A stretch of 64,000 nt of DNA from Gnetum montanum (GCA_015680685.1 MNCI01003186.1:639068-703067); one strand, 5' to 3'; shown: positions 13,123 to 25,200, counted from the first letter of the stretch. Notes: a model not told the origin generated them from the sequence alone. Made by a program: numbers and translations.

Positions 13123-16100
13123 ATGGCACCGAAAGTAAGAGGGAAGAACACGAAGTTGGCAAAGATAGATGAGGTACAAGGGAGCCTGTAGCGTGCTTTG
13201 TAAGCTTTGGTTGAAGTGAGGGATGTTGCTCCCCTGAATCGGTAGGCCATCCCTAGCTTGTTTATACTACTTTCTGTGATATGCTTTGCTTTGCGATTTT
13301 TATTCTTTTGCATCATCCTACATAATTTAGAGTCTTAGGCTATGGACCTCGTGTTAGAACAAGGGTTTATACAATAGAATTGCATCCATCACCGCTATCA
13401 GAGACAAACCTTGTACTGTTACAAAGGTTTAGGTGATTTCGGCTTTATAGCTAGCGCGTAATTCGTAAATTTTCTATTTTAAGCATGGAATCGAAATCTA
13501 GATGATAATGTGTTTATGTTTTTTTGTACAGTATTATGCTGAAACCCATCTTAATCATCCTAGACATAGTTGGGGTTTTATGTTGTATAAACCCGATCGT
13601 GCCCAACATTCCTCCCCCTCAGACTGGGTTGCAGGGGAGGGCTATATGGTTCCGAAAGGGTGCACTGGAGTTTCTACAGTTTTTGTTGCATAACTATAGT
13701 GTTATCGTGTGGTCACATCTATCTGGGGATGTGGCTAGCACTATTTTGGAGCACCTATTAGTGGGTTCCACGCAGGGCATCCTGGCTTTCTTGATAGATG
13801 GGGCCTTCGATACTGGTCGTCCCCAAGACCGTGAACTTAGTGCCAGAGGGTTGAGGAGCTTAAGTTGGATCTGGGAAATGGCCAGGTTTAGCTATTACCA
13901 TGTGTACAACACTTTGTTCATGGCCCACCATGTCTCAACTTATTTTTAGAACCCACCAGGCACAGTTTATTACTCAGGTGGGTAAGTGATTTTACCTGCG
14001 GTATTGTCAATATGTTTCTAATGCCTAGATTTACGAAGCGTAAGATAATAATGCGTCATATGATACAGGTTTTTTATTAGCGACAAAGGATTAGTGAGCA
14101 ATGGTGATACATTGACCTAGACCGAAACAGTGATAAAGGAGTTTACCTCGACTAGCAATGTACACGCCAGTGTAATGGCGTAGATGTCCTTTCACATCCA
14201 TGAGTATCCCACCCATTATGCTGATTCTTTCCAAAATTGTCAGAACCTCGGGTGGTTACATGAAGAATGGACTTTGGACCCGCCCCTTACCGTCGCGGAC
14301 GTGTAGAGGAAACTTCCTCTATTTCCTTTGCCATTTTGGCCTTGGTAAGGTTCTGTTGCTACTGTTATTTATAAGATATTATGTCGTTATTTTTTTCTTC
14401 TATTTTTGAAATGTAGCGTAATAGTGTTTTCACTACTTAGACATGTGTCTTGCGTTGTTCAGTCAGGGAATCTCGGGAGATTACTACTACAATTTCTGGC
14501 CATGAGGCGAATACCCTCCTTTTCCACTATGGTGACATTAAGGAGGCACAACGCTAGCGCAGCCACGCGGTAGCCCCAGTTGCGTTGGTCACCAAGGTGC
14601 GGGAAGCGAGGCTAATGCATTTATTTCTAGATGTAACTCCTAATGTCCTAGCTAGTGAAATGTTAACCTTGGTCAACTCCTTTAGCGAGAGGGCTAAGCG
14701 TTTTTGCACACTCGTGTATCATGTGCGTGTGAATTTTGATATTGACACTCAGCTATTTGCTGACCTCTTTGGCATCCCCTCTGATGGTCTTCCCATAGAG
14801 GAAAGAGCGAGAAGGAGCCTCAAGTGTCAGGAAGAGCTGGAGGAGTGGCTGGGGACCAAGAAGGAGGCCAAGGGGATCCCCTGTGAAATGATTGAATTAG
14901 AAATCACCAAGACTATTTATCCCCTCTTTCGAGCCCGGGCTTTCCCCAAAACACTCTTACAGGGAAGGTTCTTTACCATAGAACATGCCCGTATCATGCG
15001 GGAGGTTATGGAGGAAGGAACCCAGTTAGACTGGGCAAGCTATTTCGTTAAGGGGTTATGCACTGAAATGGTTAGGCTCTGTCAGAAGCTTGAGTCTCAT
15101 TTCAATGTGCACTTTGCCTTCTTCATACCTTACCTTTGGCATTTTGCTGAATTTTTGGTTGTCCAAAGGAATGGAGTCTGGGTGCAGCAAGACCGAGACC
15201 AACTACCCAAACCTTGGATTTCCCATATTTTTGGCCCTACCCAAGGACAGGATCCTCCAGAGGGAATTAGGGAGTCTAAGTCTATAATGACAAGGGACTT
15301 GGTGGCACCTCGAGTGTGGTGCGCTGACAGTGTAGGTGGGGTGATTCCCACTTACACCGGTGATGCGTCGTGGGGAAAGCACCTAGCGGCGGAGATAGTG
15401 GACGCCTCGGTTCAACGAAAATGGCCTCGCTTAACCGAGGCACCTGTAGAACCAGCGGGTGGCATAGAAAAAACTATGCAAGTCAGAGTTCAGTGGAGTA
15501 AACCTCCGCCTGGTAAGTGTAAAGGCGCAGTGAAAGTCATGGCAATTATCACGTTACATAACTTTATTCCAGGTATTTTGAATCATTTTAAATGCGTTAT
15601 GTGATGTGAACAGTGAGGCCTGCGGAGCGGTTGACCCCTGAAACAGGGGCAGTGGTAATACGGAGTGGGGAGGGGGCCCCAGTTTTGGAAGAAGAGGCCC
15701 CAGCTATTAGAATAAGTGACGCACAGACCCTTGTGCATGAGGAGGGAGAGGAGAGAGAGGAGGAAGAAAATGTTGATGCTCCTCCCACTGTAACCAGTAG
15801 AGGTAATGAGCATATTAAAAATTTTAAGGAGTTTTGTTAATAATTAGGAGTTTTAACTTAATTACGCTACAAAGGAACAAGATGCATCGACGTCCGCTGT
15901 TGTAAGCAGAGCATGTGGAGAATTTCCTGATGAGTTTGCCTTCATGAAAGACGTTGTCAGCGATATGATCGAGCGTCTCAAGCGCGTCAATCCTGGAGCT
16001 GGTATGTTGCAGCTATAAGAAGCTTATTTTACTACAGAGTTGTAATGTTTTACTTACATTGGATACTATTTGCTATCATAAGCTCACCTTCGATGGGACC

Positions 16101-17209
16101 CGACGGAGCCCATTGACTTGGACACAGCGGAGAGCTCATCGGATGGGGCGGTTGTGCCATGCAACATTTATGAGAAAATACGTAAATGTGCGTTACGCTC
16201 GACGCGTTCCTTGTGGGAGAGTCGGAGTGTCAATGAAGACCTCTGGAAGAGACTGCAGAGATCGAAGAAGGAAAGGGTGTCTTTGACCAAAGAGGTCGGA
16301 GACCTAAGATCGCAGTGTGAATTCCTACAGGCACGGGAAATGGGCGACGGAGACTGACGCACAGCTGTTATCGACTATGCTCGCTATTGGACCTTAGTTA
16401 GGAATAGCGTGCAAACTAGTCGAGAGCTGGTGGAGCAGAGGATGCAGATAGAACTGTTGGCCCGGAAAAGCCAAGACTGGAAGGATTTTTGCACAAGTGT
16501 GCAAGAGTGGGGGTAGAAGGAGAAAGATCATAAGAATTTCTATAAGCGAGAAAGTCTCACTTATCGTCAGCATTATAGAGATTCTACCGTCGAAGCTCAA
16601 TCCTTGTGGGTATTCCTCGATGTCATTGGTGCATCCAAAGCCTTTGAGAAGTTCCAAGAGCAGGTGACAGTAAGCGTGTCCTCGGAAAGAGAGATTGCTA
16701 TTCCTGGGGGCGAGACTACAGTCCCTACCTTCTTCCCTGAACTGCCCCGATGGACTAGTGTGGAGAAAGGGAAGGTGAAGGCTAGAACTGATATGGGGAA
16801 TGGTGTATGGTCTAAATTGATGGAGGATGAAATTATGCAGTGCCTATGGGTTCGTTTAGATCAGCTCCCTTTTGCTACAAAAGCAGGACCATCGAGAGTA
16901 AGTTTGGGTATTCTTGAATTCAAATTTTTGATTTTATCCCATGGTGACTCTTACTGATGTATTTACTGTATATAGGTACTAGGAGTGGACGAAGAAGACG
17001 AACAGGGTGATGAGCAAGTACAGGAAGAAGAGCGTGATGACATAGACCATCTTATTAAGGAGCTAGTGTTAGAGTAGGGACCTCGTGAAGATGATATTCC
17101 TCATAAAGGAATACCTTCTAGAAGGGACGGCCCACTTGAGGATGATTTATCAGGCTTAGAGCCGGACCTGAGGGATACGGGTGACAGTGGTACCAAGGGG
17201 AATGCGTAA
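13123..17209 (+). pseudogene. Antisense 8-exon accessory gene of element B (~1,085 codons): FCP1/NIF-like HAD domain, transposon-associated helical domain, coiled coil, acidic tail
   Basis: Exons 13123-13241, 13532-13981, 14069-14344, 14467-15512, 15614-15802, 15873-16001, 16083-16897 and 16976-17209. GT-AG sites with matching phases (the exon-6 acceptor reads CAA, inferred mutated from CAG). Starts MAPK; 10 in-frame stops, no frameshift. Confidence 0.8.
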
Positions 17210-17807
17210 TTGTGATTTATGCGTGATTTTATTGATTGGAATTGAACAATGGTTATATGAATGTTGGAAAGGTTGACTATAAGATCTTCTGTATGACTTT
17301 AAATGTCATTATTACTTTTTTATTTTTATGTATTTATGCATGCAAAGCGTAAGCAATATTGTTAAAGGCTATGGATAGTTTGAGTTGTTGTAGAATGGAA
17401 TTGTTAATTTAAGGCCATCGTGGGCTGCCAGATAGCATTTGCGTGAGATACGAGGTAGCTTTAGGCCATTGCGGGCCGCCACTAGTTTTAGGCCATTGCG
17501 AACCGCCTGCATAAGTGTGGAGGTGTAATTGATGGCAGCATACGTTTCTACGTAATTGCGTAAAAGAGACTAACAGCAACCAAAGAGCGTAAATTGCGTA
17601 AAAGGGAGGAATGTAAATGGCATAATAGGCAGAAAGCGTAAATACATGTACACGGGAAACTGTCAATCGAATTCGATAAGTGTGAGTGGAAAAACTAGTG
17701 AAGCATAATGATGTGCGTAAATGCCACTTAGATCAATCGCTAATTCGCAATTTTTTCTTGATGGCCTTTACGTTTAGTGATGCGTAAGGGCGTCGAGATT
17801 GACTTGC

Positions 17808-20800
17808 CTCCTCCACACCACCATCCTAAAATGGTAGGTCAGCCCAGGCTAGACTGTCATCATTTGTTTCGGTTTGTTCAGGGATTCGGGGATGGATCTG
17901 ATCATCGGACATTTCTATCTCCGAACCCCGTTCTTCTTTGATATTGTTGATAGTCCTGGGGTTGATTTCATCACCGCGTATTACAACCTCCCCCCTTGCA
18001 TAGGGTAGGTGTATCTCCTGGTGTATTGGTGATGAAACTGCCCTCAGTTGGGCTAACTAGGACCTTCCTAGAATTAAGTTGAAACCAGGCATATCCTCAA
18101 CAATGAGGAATGTAGCATCCGTTGGGAATTGATCCCCTACCACAAATTTGATGTGCACCATCCCCTTGACTTGAACCTGTGCTCCGTTGAACGACTTTAT
18201 GCACGCTGTCATTGTGGGACTGATCTGGTTGACCAGACCCAACCTATCGACAATGGGGTAAGGGAGGACATTTGTAGCTGCGCCATCATCCACATGCACC
18301 CTCTGGATCTAATATTGGCCAACCCGGATGGTGATAAACATGGGTTCAGTTGTTACCTGACCTTTCTTAGGATCATCTTTAATAGAGTTTTCATGACAGG
18401 TCAACGAGGTAGGTTTAGGTCACTCAGCATCAGAGGGAAACATGATAGCATGTATCGCTTCCTCCTCTGCTGGGAACCTTTCATCCACAGGTATGGATGT
18501 CAGCATACAGACCATGGCCTCACGGTGTTTTTGAGACGTCATGAGCAGGTCGTAGAGGCTCAGCATCGTGTTTTTCTATTTCAGATCCTGCTTGACCTAT
18601 GTAAATGCGTCGAGGAGGTCCCGCTCTCAACTAGGCTGTTTCTCCCCTCTGTCTTTTTCCATTTGCCCTAAGAGACGAATCTCCCGAGGTGGAATAGCGT
18701 CCATCAGAGAGTTGTGTTTCTTCCTACTGAGAGGAGGTGATGGCGTTTCTGTACCCTTATCTTGCCCAGAAGGCATAGACGCAGGGACAGAGGCCAAGGG
18801 CCTAGGCTTAGGGAAGCCTAGCATAGTAGGGTTTTTGGCCGCATTAATGGACGCATCTCCTTCCCTTTGTTTAGTGGGTGGCGATGGATGGTTTTGGTTA
18901 GAAGTTTACCCCTACGTAAAGGGAGCAGCCGATGGTTTTGGTACTTTGAGGATGAAAGGCGCTTTAGGTGTAGGCACGGACGTGTCCGTGGATTTACTGT
19001 TAGTGTGAGGCTGAGTTAAATCTGGAGAAGGTGCCCAAATAACAAAGGGTGGCCTCGAGGTGCCGCTGGCCGCCGGTGAAAAGCCTGCTCCCCGAGGTGA
19101 ACTGGTAGGCACATGTAAAACGAAGGGTTGTTTAAACAATATCTTCCCTTCACTGTCCGTACTCACCACGTTGATTGTGTAGGGTGCGTTATTTGCATTT
19201 AACGGATCTTTGTACATGTGCAACGCTTGGTTTTCAGGATAGGTTGGACTACTGCTATCTAGTTTCAAGGAACCATCATCGATCATGCATTGAATGTTAT
19301 CTTTCAATGCCCAGTAGTAATCTGTGTCATGATCGCACAACTGGTGGTAGTCACAGAAACGGTCCAGCCTGAAAGACCTTGGAACTGGTGGTTCGTCAGG
19401 TAGGGCTAAAGAAGGATTCTTCAGCAGTTCACAATGATTCCTGTGATGCTTCAGAGCTTCTTCGGATACCTTCTTAGTCTGAATGTATCCTGCCCCTAAC
19501 AGTTGTTTCAACAATTTTGAATTTTTTACAGGCAGGGTTGTATACTTTGAGCGATCTTTACGCTCAAAGTTTAGCTTTGGCTGGGGGGCTTTTCAGGGGC
19601 AGCTGTGTCTTGGTTGGTGCTGCTTGCACTAGCCATGGTCTCAGGAGATGCCGTGGGTACCTTCTTGTTTTTGTTCTTAGCACCTTCAGCCAGCATAGCT
19701 ATCATCATTGTTGTTGCTTTACCTTTGTCCTTGCCTTTGTTGTTAGCGTTTTTATATGCGACATACGCCGGGTCTTTGCTGGCCTCTGCAGCATCCTGGA
19801 TGCTCTTAGTTTGGGCAAAGGCTTGATGTAAGGAGTTAGGGAAAAGGTAGTACAGCTTAGACTTGATGAATTCATTAACTGCTCCTTTGAAGATGGCTAG
19901 AAAATGGGCCTCCGTGATTGGTTCACGGATTTCGTTCAAAGTAGCACTCCATCGCTGTATAAATTTTTGGACTGGTTCGAGCGGGTCCTGTTTCACTCCG
20001 ATAAGTTGATCTAATGTGACCTCCGGCTTTAGGTTGTATTTAAAGCAAGTCACGAATTGTGTCAGAAGCTCTTCCAAGGTTGAGATGGAAGAGCAAGGGA
20101 GGGCTCGATACCAATCCAAAGCTTTCCTTGCCAGAGACATTGCAAAGACACGGATAATTGTATGAGGCCATTGTTGTAGCAACAAGGATTTAGATCTAAA
20201 GGTAACCATATGTGGGTTAGGATCTCCCTCCCCATTATATTTAGTGAAGTGGGGTAAGGACATCCTTGGGGGCAACGACAGCATGGGGACCGCTGGACTA
20301 ATGGGATCATCCTGATAGAAATCCATGATCTGTATAGTGTTAGAGCCAGTGGCCTTAAGGCGTCTAACCTCCTTGGTGAGGGTCTGAATAAGTAAGTAAT
20401 ATTAATCTAAGCCTATTGATGAAGACTTTTATGCAGGAGGAGCAAGGGGTTGACCTGAGAGAGTGGTGCCAGGCAGTGGAAATGGAGGGATGGCTTGGCT
20501 GACAGGTGGTGCAGCAGGGACTATCCCCGCGAACGGAGCGGCTTGTGGAAGCCACCATCCACCAGGCTAAGCAGAGGGATTGGCTGTCGCCGGGTGCGTA
20601 GGAATATTGTAAGGGTGTTGCAGGACATGTGTGGTAGGTGCGGCTAAGGGTTTCACACCGTATAACATAGCCTAATTATGTGAGATGGGTCGGATCCATT
20701 GACCAGCCGTGGCTTGTTGAATGGATTGCTGTGATTGAATAGTGGGTTGCCTTGCAGGGGGCGACAACGCAAAGGTTTGCACCAGGTTTTGTGCTGGGTG

Positions 20801-21514
20801 GGTTGTAGGAATGGCATGAGGCTGTACTTGGGGGATGTAATAGGGTGTGGTGGACGCAGGTACCACCGACGGAATACTGATTACCCATGGTGATGAGACT
20901 GCCCCCACGTTGTTTTGGGATGGTACTTGCACCTATAGGACTAATGATTGCGTAGTGGCCTGTCGGATGACAGGAATGTGGGTTTGAGCGGTTATGGTTG
21001 GATTAAGGTGGGTTACTTCTCCTGCAAGAGGAAACAGGGGATTTATGTACATATGGGGGCTAAGAGTGTGGTATGAATGTTTGGACTGGGCCACAAATTC
21101 ATCGTCCTCTTCCTCCCCGTTCTAAGGTTCTAGCATAGATCGCATAACCTGACTCTTAGCCATAACTAGTTGGGTCAGGATTTCATGATAATGCTCATTT
21201 AGGGGGATAATGTCGTAAGCGGTGGGGGTGAAATCTTGACCCCCTCTGTGGACCAGCTCAAAATTTCGTTTCGCTTCGATCTCGGCTCGGCTAAGAGCAA
21301 GCTTTTCCTGGATCTTGATGCAGATGAAATTATATTCCTCAGGGGTCATGACGGTGAATACAGGATCTTTGCCCTGCAATCTTAATGAAAGGCGTGACAG
21401 TCCCTGAGGTCCTATAACACCAGAAGCTGGCCCGGTGGCGGTGATGGGATTCACAGATGTGGCACCTGAATTGGTAGTGGTCATTGGGGCTTTGGTTGTG
21501 TATGTAGAATCCAT
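17808..21514 (-). pseudogene. Element B gag-protease (retrotransposon gag domain ~19850-20250, Cys/His knuckle ~19320-19360, protease ~18000-18330)
   Basis: FTKYNGEGDP...ALDWY...F motif, FCDYHQLCDHDTD and VDDGAATNVL...FNLILGRS(W); one frameshift near 19570. Confidence 0.9.
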
Positions 21515-21744
21515 CGATCGGATATATTAACGACAATAAGCGACTGGATCTAAAAAAGGCGACGGAAAAAGAAGGTCCCGATTAGGCTTTTTACCCTGTA
21601 GGATTCCAAAGGAATCGTTATAGTGACCGATCTACACCACACGATTTTTCGTAAACTTCCCTAGAGGTATTACGTTTATGTTTTTAGAGACGTCGGTACA
21701 GATCGCTTACAAGGCTACCCATAAAAATATGAATCAGAGGTTCA

Positions 21745-21763
21745 GGCCCTCCTTCTAGTGCCA
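21745..21763 (-). promoter_or_regulatory. PBS of element B (TGGCACTAGAAGGAGGGCC; not tRNA-Met)
   Basis: Starts TGG 6 nt inside the 5' LTR end; a degenerate equivalent sits at the same position in E. Confidence 0.85.
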
Positions 21764-21769
21764 GAAAAC

Positions 21770-23330
21770 TGTAACGATGGAAAATGTCGGTAGCTGGAAA
21801 ATACCAAACAGAAATCCGTGTACACAGTCTTAACTACGGATCCGTGCGAGGGCCGTGCTAGGGAAAATGAATCCGCAGTGCCCTGAACGGTCTTGTCGAT
21901 CGAACAGGAACTTACTCAATCAGTAAATAGACGAATATTGTAGATATTCCATGGAATAATCTGATTCGATGAATCACCCAGGGAGAAGAAAATAATGTAG
22001 ATGACAATAACGTCAACACGACAAGAAGGATCGAATTTAAGGAAAATGCGTAATTCCAAGATCTGTACTTTGACCCAAAAACTGGGTATATGATATACAA
22101 ATTTCCAATGGAAAAAGCTCCACTTATCTTGTGCGAAGCATACACGAAATGACAAGAAAACTATTCAACAAAGAGTACAGAATGGAGTTCGATCTACCTC
22201 GTAAGCCAGAGATGGGATGCAAGGAAGGTCAAGCTCTGACGTCTCTCGATCAACTGTTTCTGATCAATAAAACTTGCAAATCGCACCAGATGATCTTTCG
22301 ATCTCTGATCTACTCCTTTTGCCTTAAGTAGTTTCTACTCAAAATTGCCAACGATCGCCACTGGAGAGAGTTGTATTATCACCAAAGGACTAATTGCTCC
22401 TACTGCCAATGCTCAAGAAAAATGTCTTCTCTCTCTGCTAAAAGGTGATGCTGACCAAAAGTTCAAGATGCTGGTCCTTCTTTTCTTCGTCAACTGGAGT
22501 ATTTATAAGTTCGACAACATGTGGAGAAAGCATGGCCCTGATGACACGTGTTCCGAACTTTCAAAATACTGTTGACCTGGTAAACTTTATGTTGAAACTG
22601 GCCATGTCGCATCACATTTCTGGGAGAAGGGGCAACGTACGCTGTCAACTCTTTTACTGAAGTTGCTTCACGATTACACACAATACGCTCATCAGCGTAT
22701 TGTGCGTGTGGATAGTAGATACGTAACTGCTTTAGCTGAATTTACGCTGTATTACACTTGTTTACGCTACGTCGCGTGGCAGAGCGTAATAGAGAACTAG
22801 TGGATGCCAACTATTTTACGCTTATTTACACCGCAAAGTGTAATAGAGCGTAAAGATGGTCAACTTTACAACGAATTATGCTTTTCCACGCTGCGTAGCG
22901 TAATAAGCATAAAGCAACCAATCTGTAAGGAAAAGAAATCAATCTACAGCTCTTCCTTGTATTCTGACTTTGTCTTCTTTGAAGCTCGTTACGCTGCTCT
23001 GCGTAAAGGTGCGTAAACTTGGCCCTGAGCAAAAGACTTAGCTGAGTATGCAACAAGTTTCTATCTTTAAACTTCATCAAAACTCCCGAAGTAAATTGCT
23101 CTCTGATGTTGGGCTACGCTAAACAGAGTTATGCTGAACGACATCATGCTATGTCGCATAATGTAGTGTAAAGAGAGAAAATAAAGTAAGTTTAGCATCT
23201 GTGAGAAACTCAGAAACTTGATGTTGCATGTCTCTTTGCTTCGTTCTATCTTTTGAATTGTCGTCGCAAACTCTCACCCGAATCGCAAATCTTTGCCTGA
23301 TGCCGATTCACGATTTTTTACGGTGTTTCA
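21770..23330 (-). repeat. Element B 5' LTR (1561 bp)
   Basis: Direct repeat of 6953-8514; adjacent to the PBS. Confidence 0.95.
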
Positions 23331-24081
23331 ATCACATCCTATCTCAATTTCTATAAATAAGAGGTGGCTTCCCTTGTTCTAAGAATGAACCTCAACCCTT
23401 AGCTAAACTCTTGCAGTTTTACCATTTTAGAGTTAGAATAATTCCTATGTGCCCGTATTAGGAGTTCTAAAGTGAACAAATATTTATTCGAGCAAATTGT
23501 ACCTGAGCACACATTTGTGTACGGAAATAAAGATGAAATTTACGATAAAACTTGCAACATACAGATTAAGCTAAATAGTAAGTAATTATTGTTGAATGTT
23601 TAAATGCTTTCCTAGTTAGTTAATCTCTCTCTCAACCCTTGACTCTCCTAGTTAAGTACACTTAGTACGATCACTTCGAGCATGTGTGTAACACTTGGTA
23701 ACCTAGTAATGATTAGTGTTTGGTACTCCCAGTAGCGTTACACTAGTTCAGGATGTGTACAACAAGTGGGAATGGATACTGGTGTTAGGAACAATTAGAA
23801 CTTAGTTGGTGAATAGTTAATGAAAGTTAGTCACTTAGTTCTCTTCACTGTACCCTATTAGCATAAGACATTAAAAAGATAAAAGTTATAAAAATCATAT
23901 ACCTTAAGCTTACTTAATCATACAACCATGACAATACAAGTAAGTTTGAGAAGACAATGATTAATTATCCTTAGGTGTTCCATTTAGGCGTGCAAGAACA
24001 TAGTCCTTGGAGTTTGACCGAATCGTGCGTGAGACGCTCATATTCGTATGGTTGAGTGTAGGGGTACGTTGCCACTCATCA
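23331..24081 (+). repeat. Element A 3' LTR, remainder (TATA-like CTATAAATA at ~23351)
   Basis: Colinear with the reverse complement of C LTR 30274-31098; ends ...CACTCATCA. Confidence 0.9.
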
Positions 24082-25200
24082 ATAGGAAAATAGAAAAGCA
24101 CAAAGAATATAGTGTCTCTTTGAAGCCACATCCTATCCGAACCTTTGATTCCTTTCCAATTTTAGAAACTACAAAAGTCACAAATTTATTAAGGTTGTAT
24201 TAATGAAAAAGGGACTACATGTTTCCAAAATAAGGAAAACTATAGAGTGTGTGGATGGGTGGATGATGTGGACTCACTACCTATTACATGAAAAGAAACC
24301 ATTTCCTAGTTGTCAATAACAACATTCAAAGTTAGAAACTAGACATTAACAATCAAATCACAAATGATACATACCACCATCGAGTAGCACATTACCATGG
24401 TAACTAGCACTTTATTAGAAAAAAGAGTAGAGAATTACACCAAACATAAGAAATTATATAAGAAAATATAAAAAAAGTAAAATAGTATTTAAGAAATATT
24501 AAATAAACTAACATTGGTGTAAAACTAAAATTTAGAAAAGATCAATAACCTGAAAAACAAAAAGATGTAAAAATAAAAATAAAAAGTCGTAAAACCAAAA
24601 ATGTGTAAAACAAGAAAAGTCAAAAGACTAAGGAGCTTCTTAAAGTGTTAGCATGGATGACCATCTCCCCCATGACTAAGTCGGAAGGAGGAGATTGTAT
24701 GTTTTTCTCGTTGAGGATGCATACGATTGCATTATGGTATTTTCGTCCACTTGTTTACTTTCGGTTGGACCAATTGTGATTGTATTTGATATGGTAGAGG
24801 AGAGTTTTGTTGTAAAATCAAGAATTATTTTTCTCAAGGAGATCTCATCTCTAGTCTCCAATGATTCATCTGGGATGAATTGGACCTAGTCTTTGATTCA
24901 ATTTCTAGCCAAATGACATGTATTGAGATGGTATTGATTGAATTGTGTAGGATGTGATATCCTTGGACTCCCAATCATCCTAGATAAAATGAGTATGGGA
25001 AATACAAATTGGAACATGTTGGTTCCCAAGTACCTTAGGATGGAGGGCCTTCGGACATGTGATTTTGGTAAGCCTTATTCTAGGTGAATTAAGACCATTG
25101 TCGGTAGACTTCTTACGTTCATTCTTGTGATTGTATGTTTGTCTATTTATGTATGTGTGTCTTCTTGGTTGCACTTTCAAATTATGCATGCATATTACCT
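24082..25200 (-). mobile_element. Degenerate fragment of an Athila-related element (3' internal region); extent to ~28.4 kb unresolved
   Basis: CCATCTCCCCCATGACT at ~24661 and ATGTGGACTCA at ~24266 match the post-integrase region of A and C, but the upstream sequence is not recognisable pol. Confidence 0.45.

Larger units (their letters stand above)
12709..17807 (-). other. Predicted 5,099-nt GC-AG intron between protease and RT of element B
   Basis: Donor GAG|GCAAGT at 17808/17807, branch-like CTAAT and acceptor TTTTGCAG|GAC at 12709/12708; both sites are phase 0 of the pol frame. Confidence 0.7.
6953..23330 (-). mobile_element. Element B: full-length Tat/Ogre-like Ty3/gypsy LTR retrotransposon, 16.4 kb
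   Basis: Two ~1.56-kb LTRs with TG...CA ends, 5-bp TSD ATCGC/ATCAC, PBS, PPT, and Tat-type RT motifs (FAWSYEDMPGLD, KDNFPLPSIDQLVD, YIDD) and integrase motif (KFSANWEGP). Confidence 0.95.
1..24081 (+). mobile_element. Element A: Athila-like Ty3/gypsy LTR retrotransposon (5' end outside window; 3' LTR interrupted by element B)
   Basis: Domain order gag-PR-RT-RH-INT with Athila-type RT motifs (LNPKLKQVVKEE, WRVCIDFR, KDHFPLPFI). PPT-like AGTCATGGGGG at 6908, then an LTR from TGATGAG (6920) to CTCATCA (24081). Confidence 0.9.
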
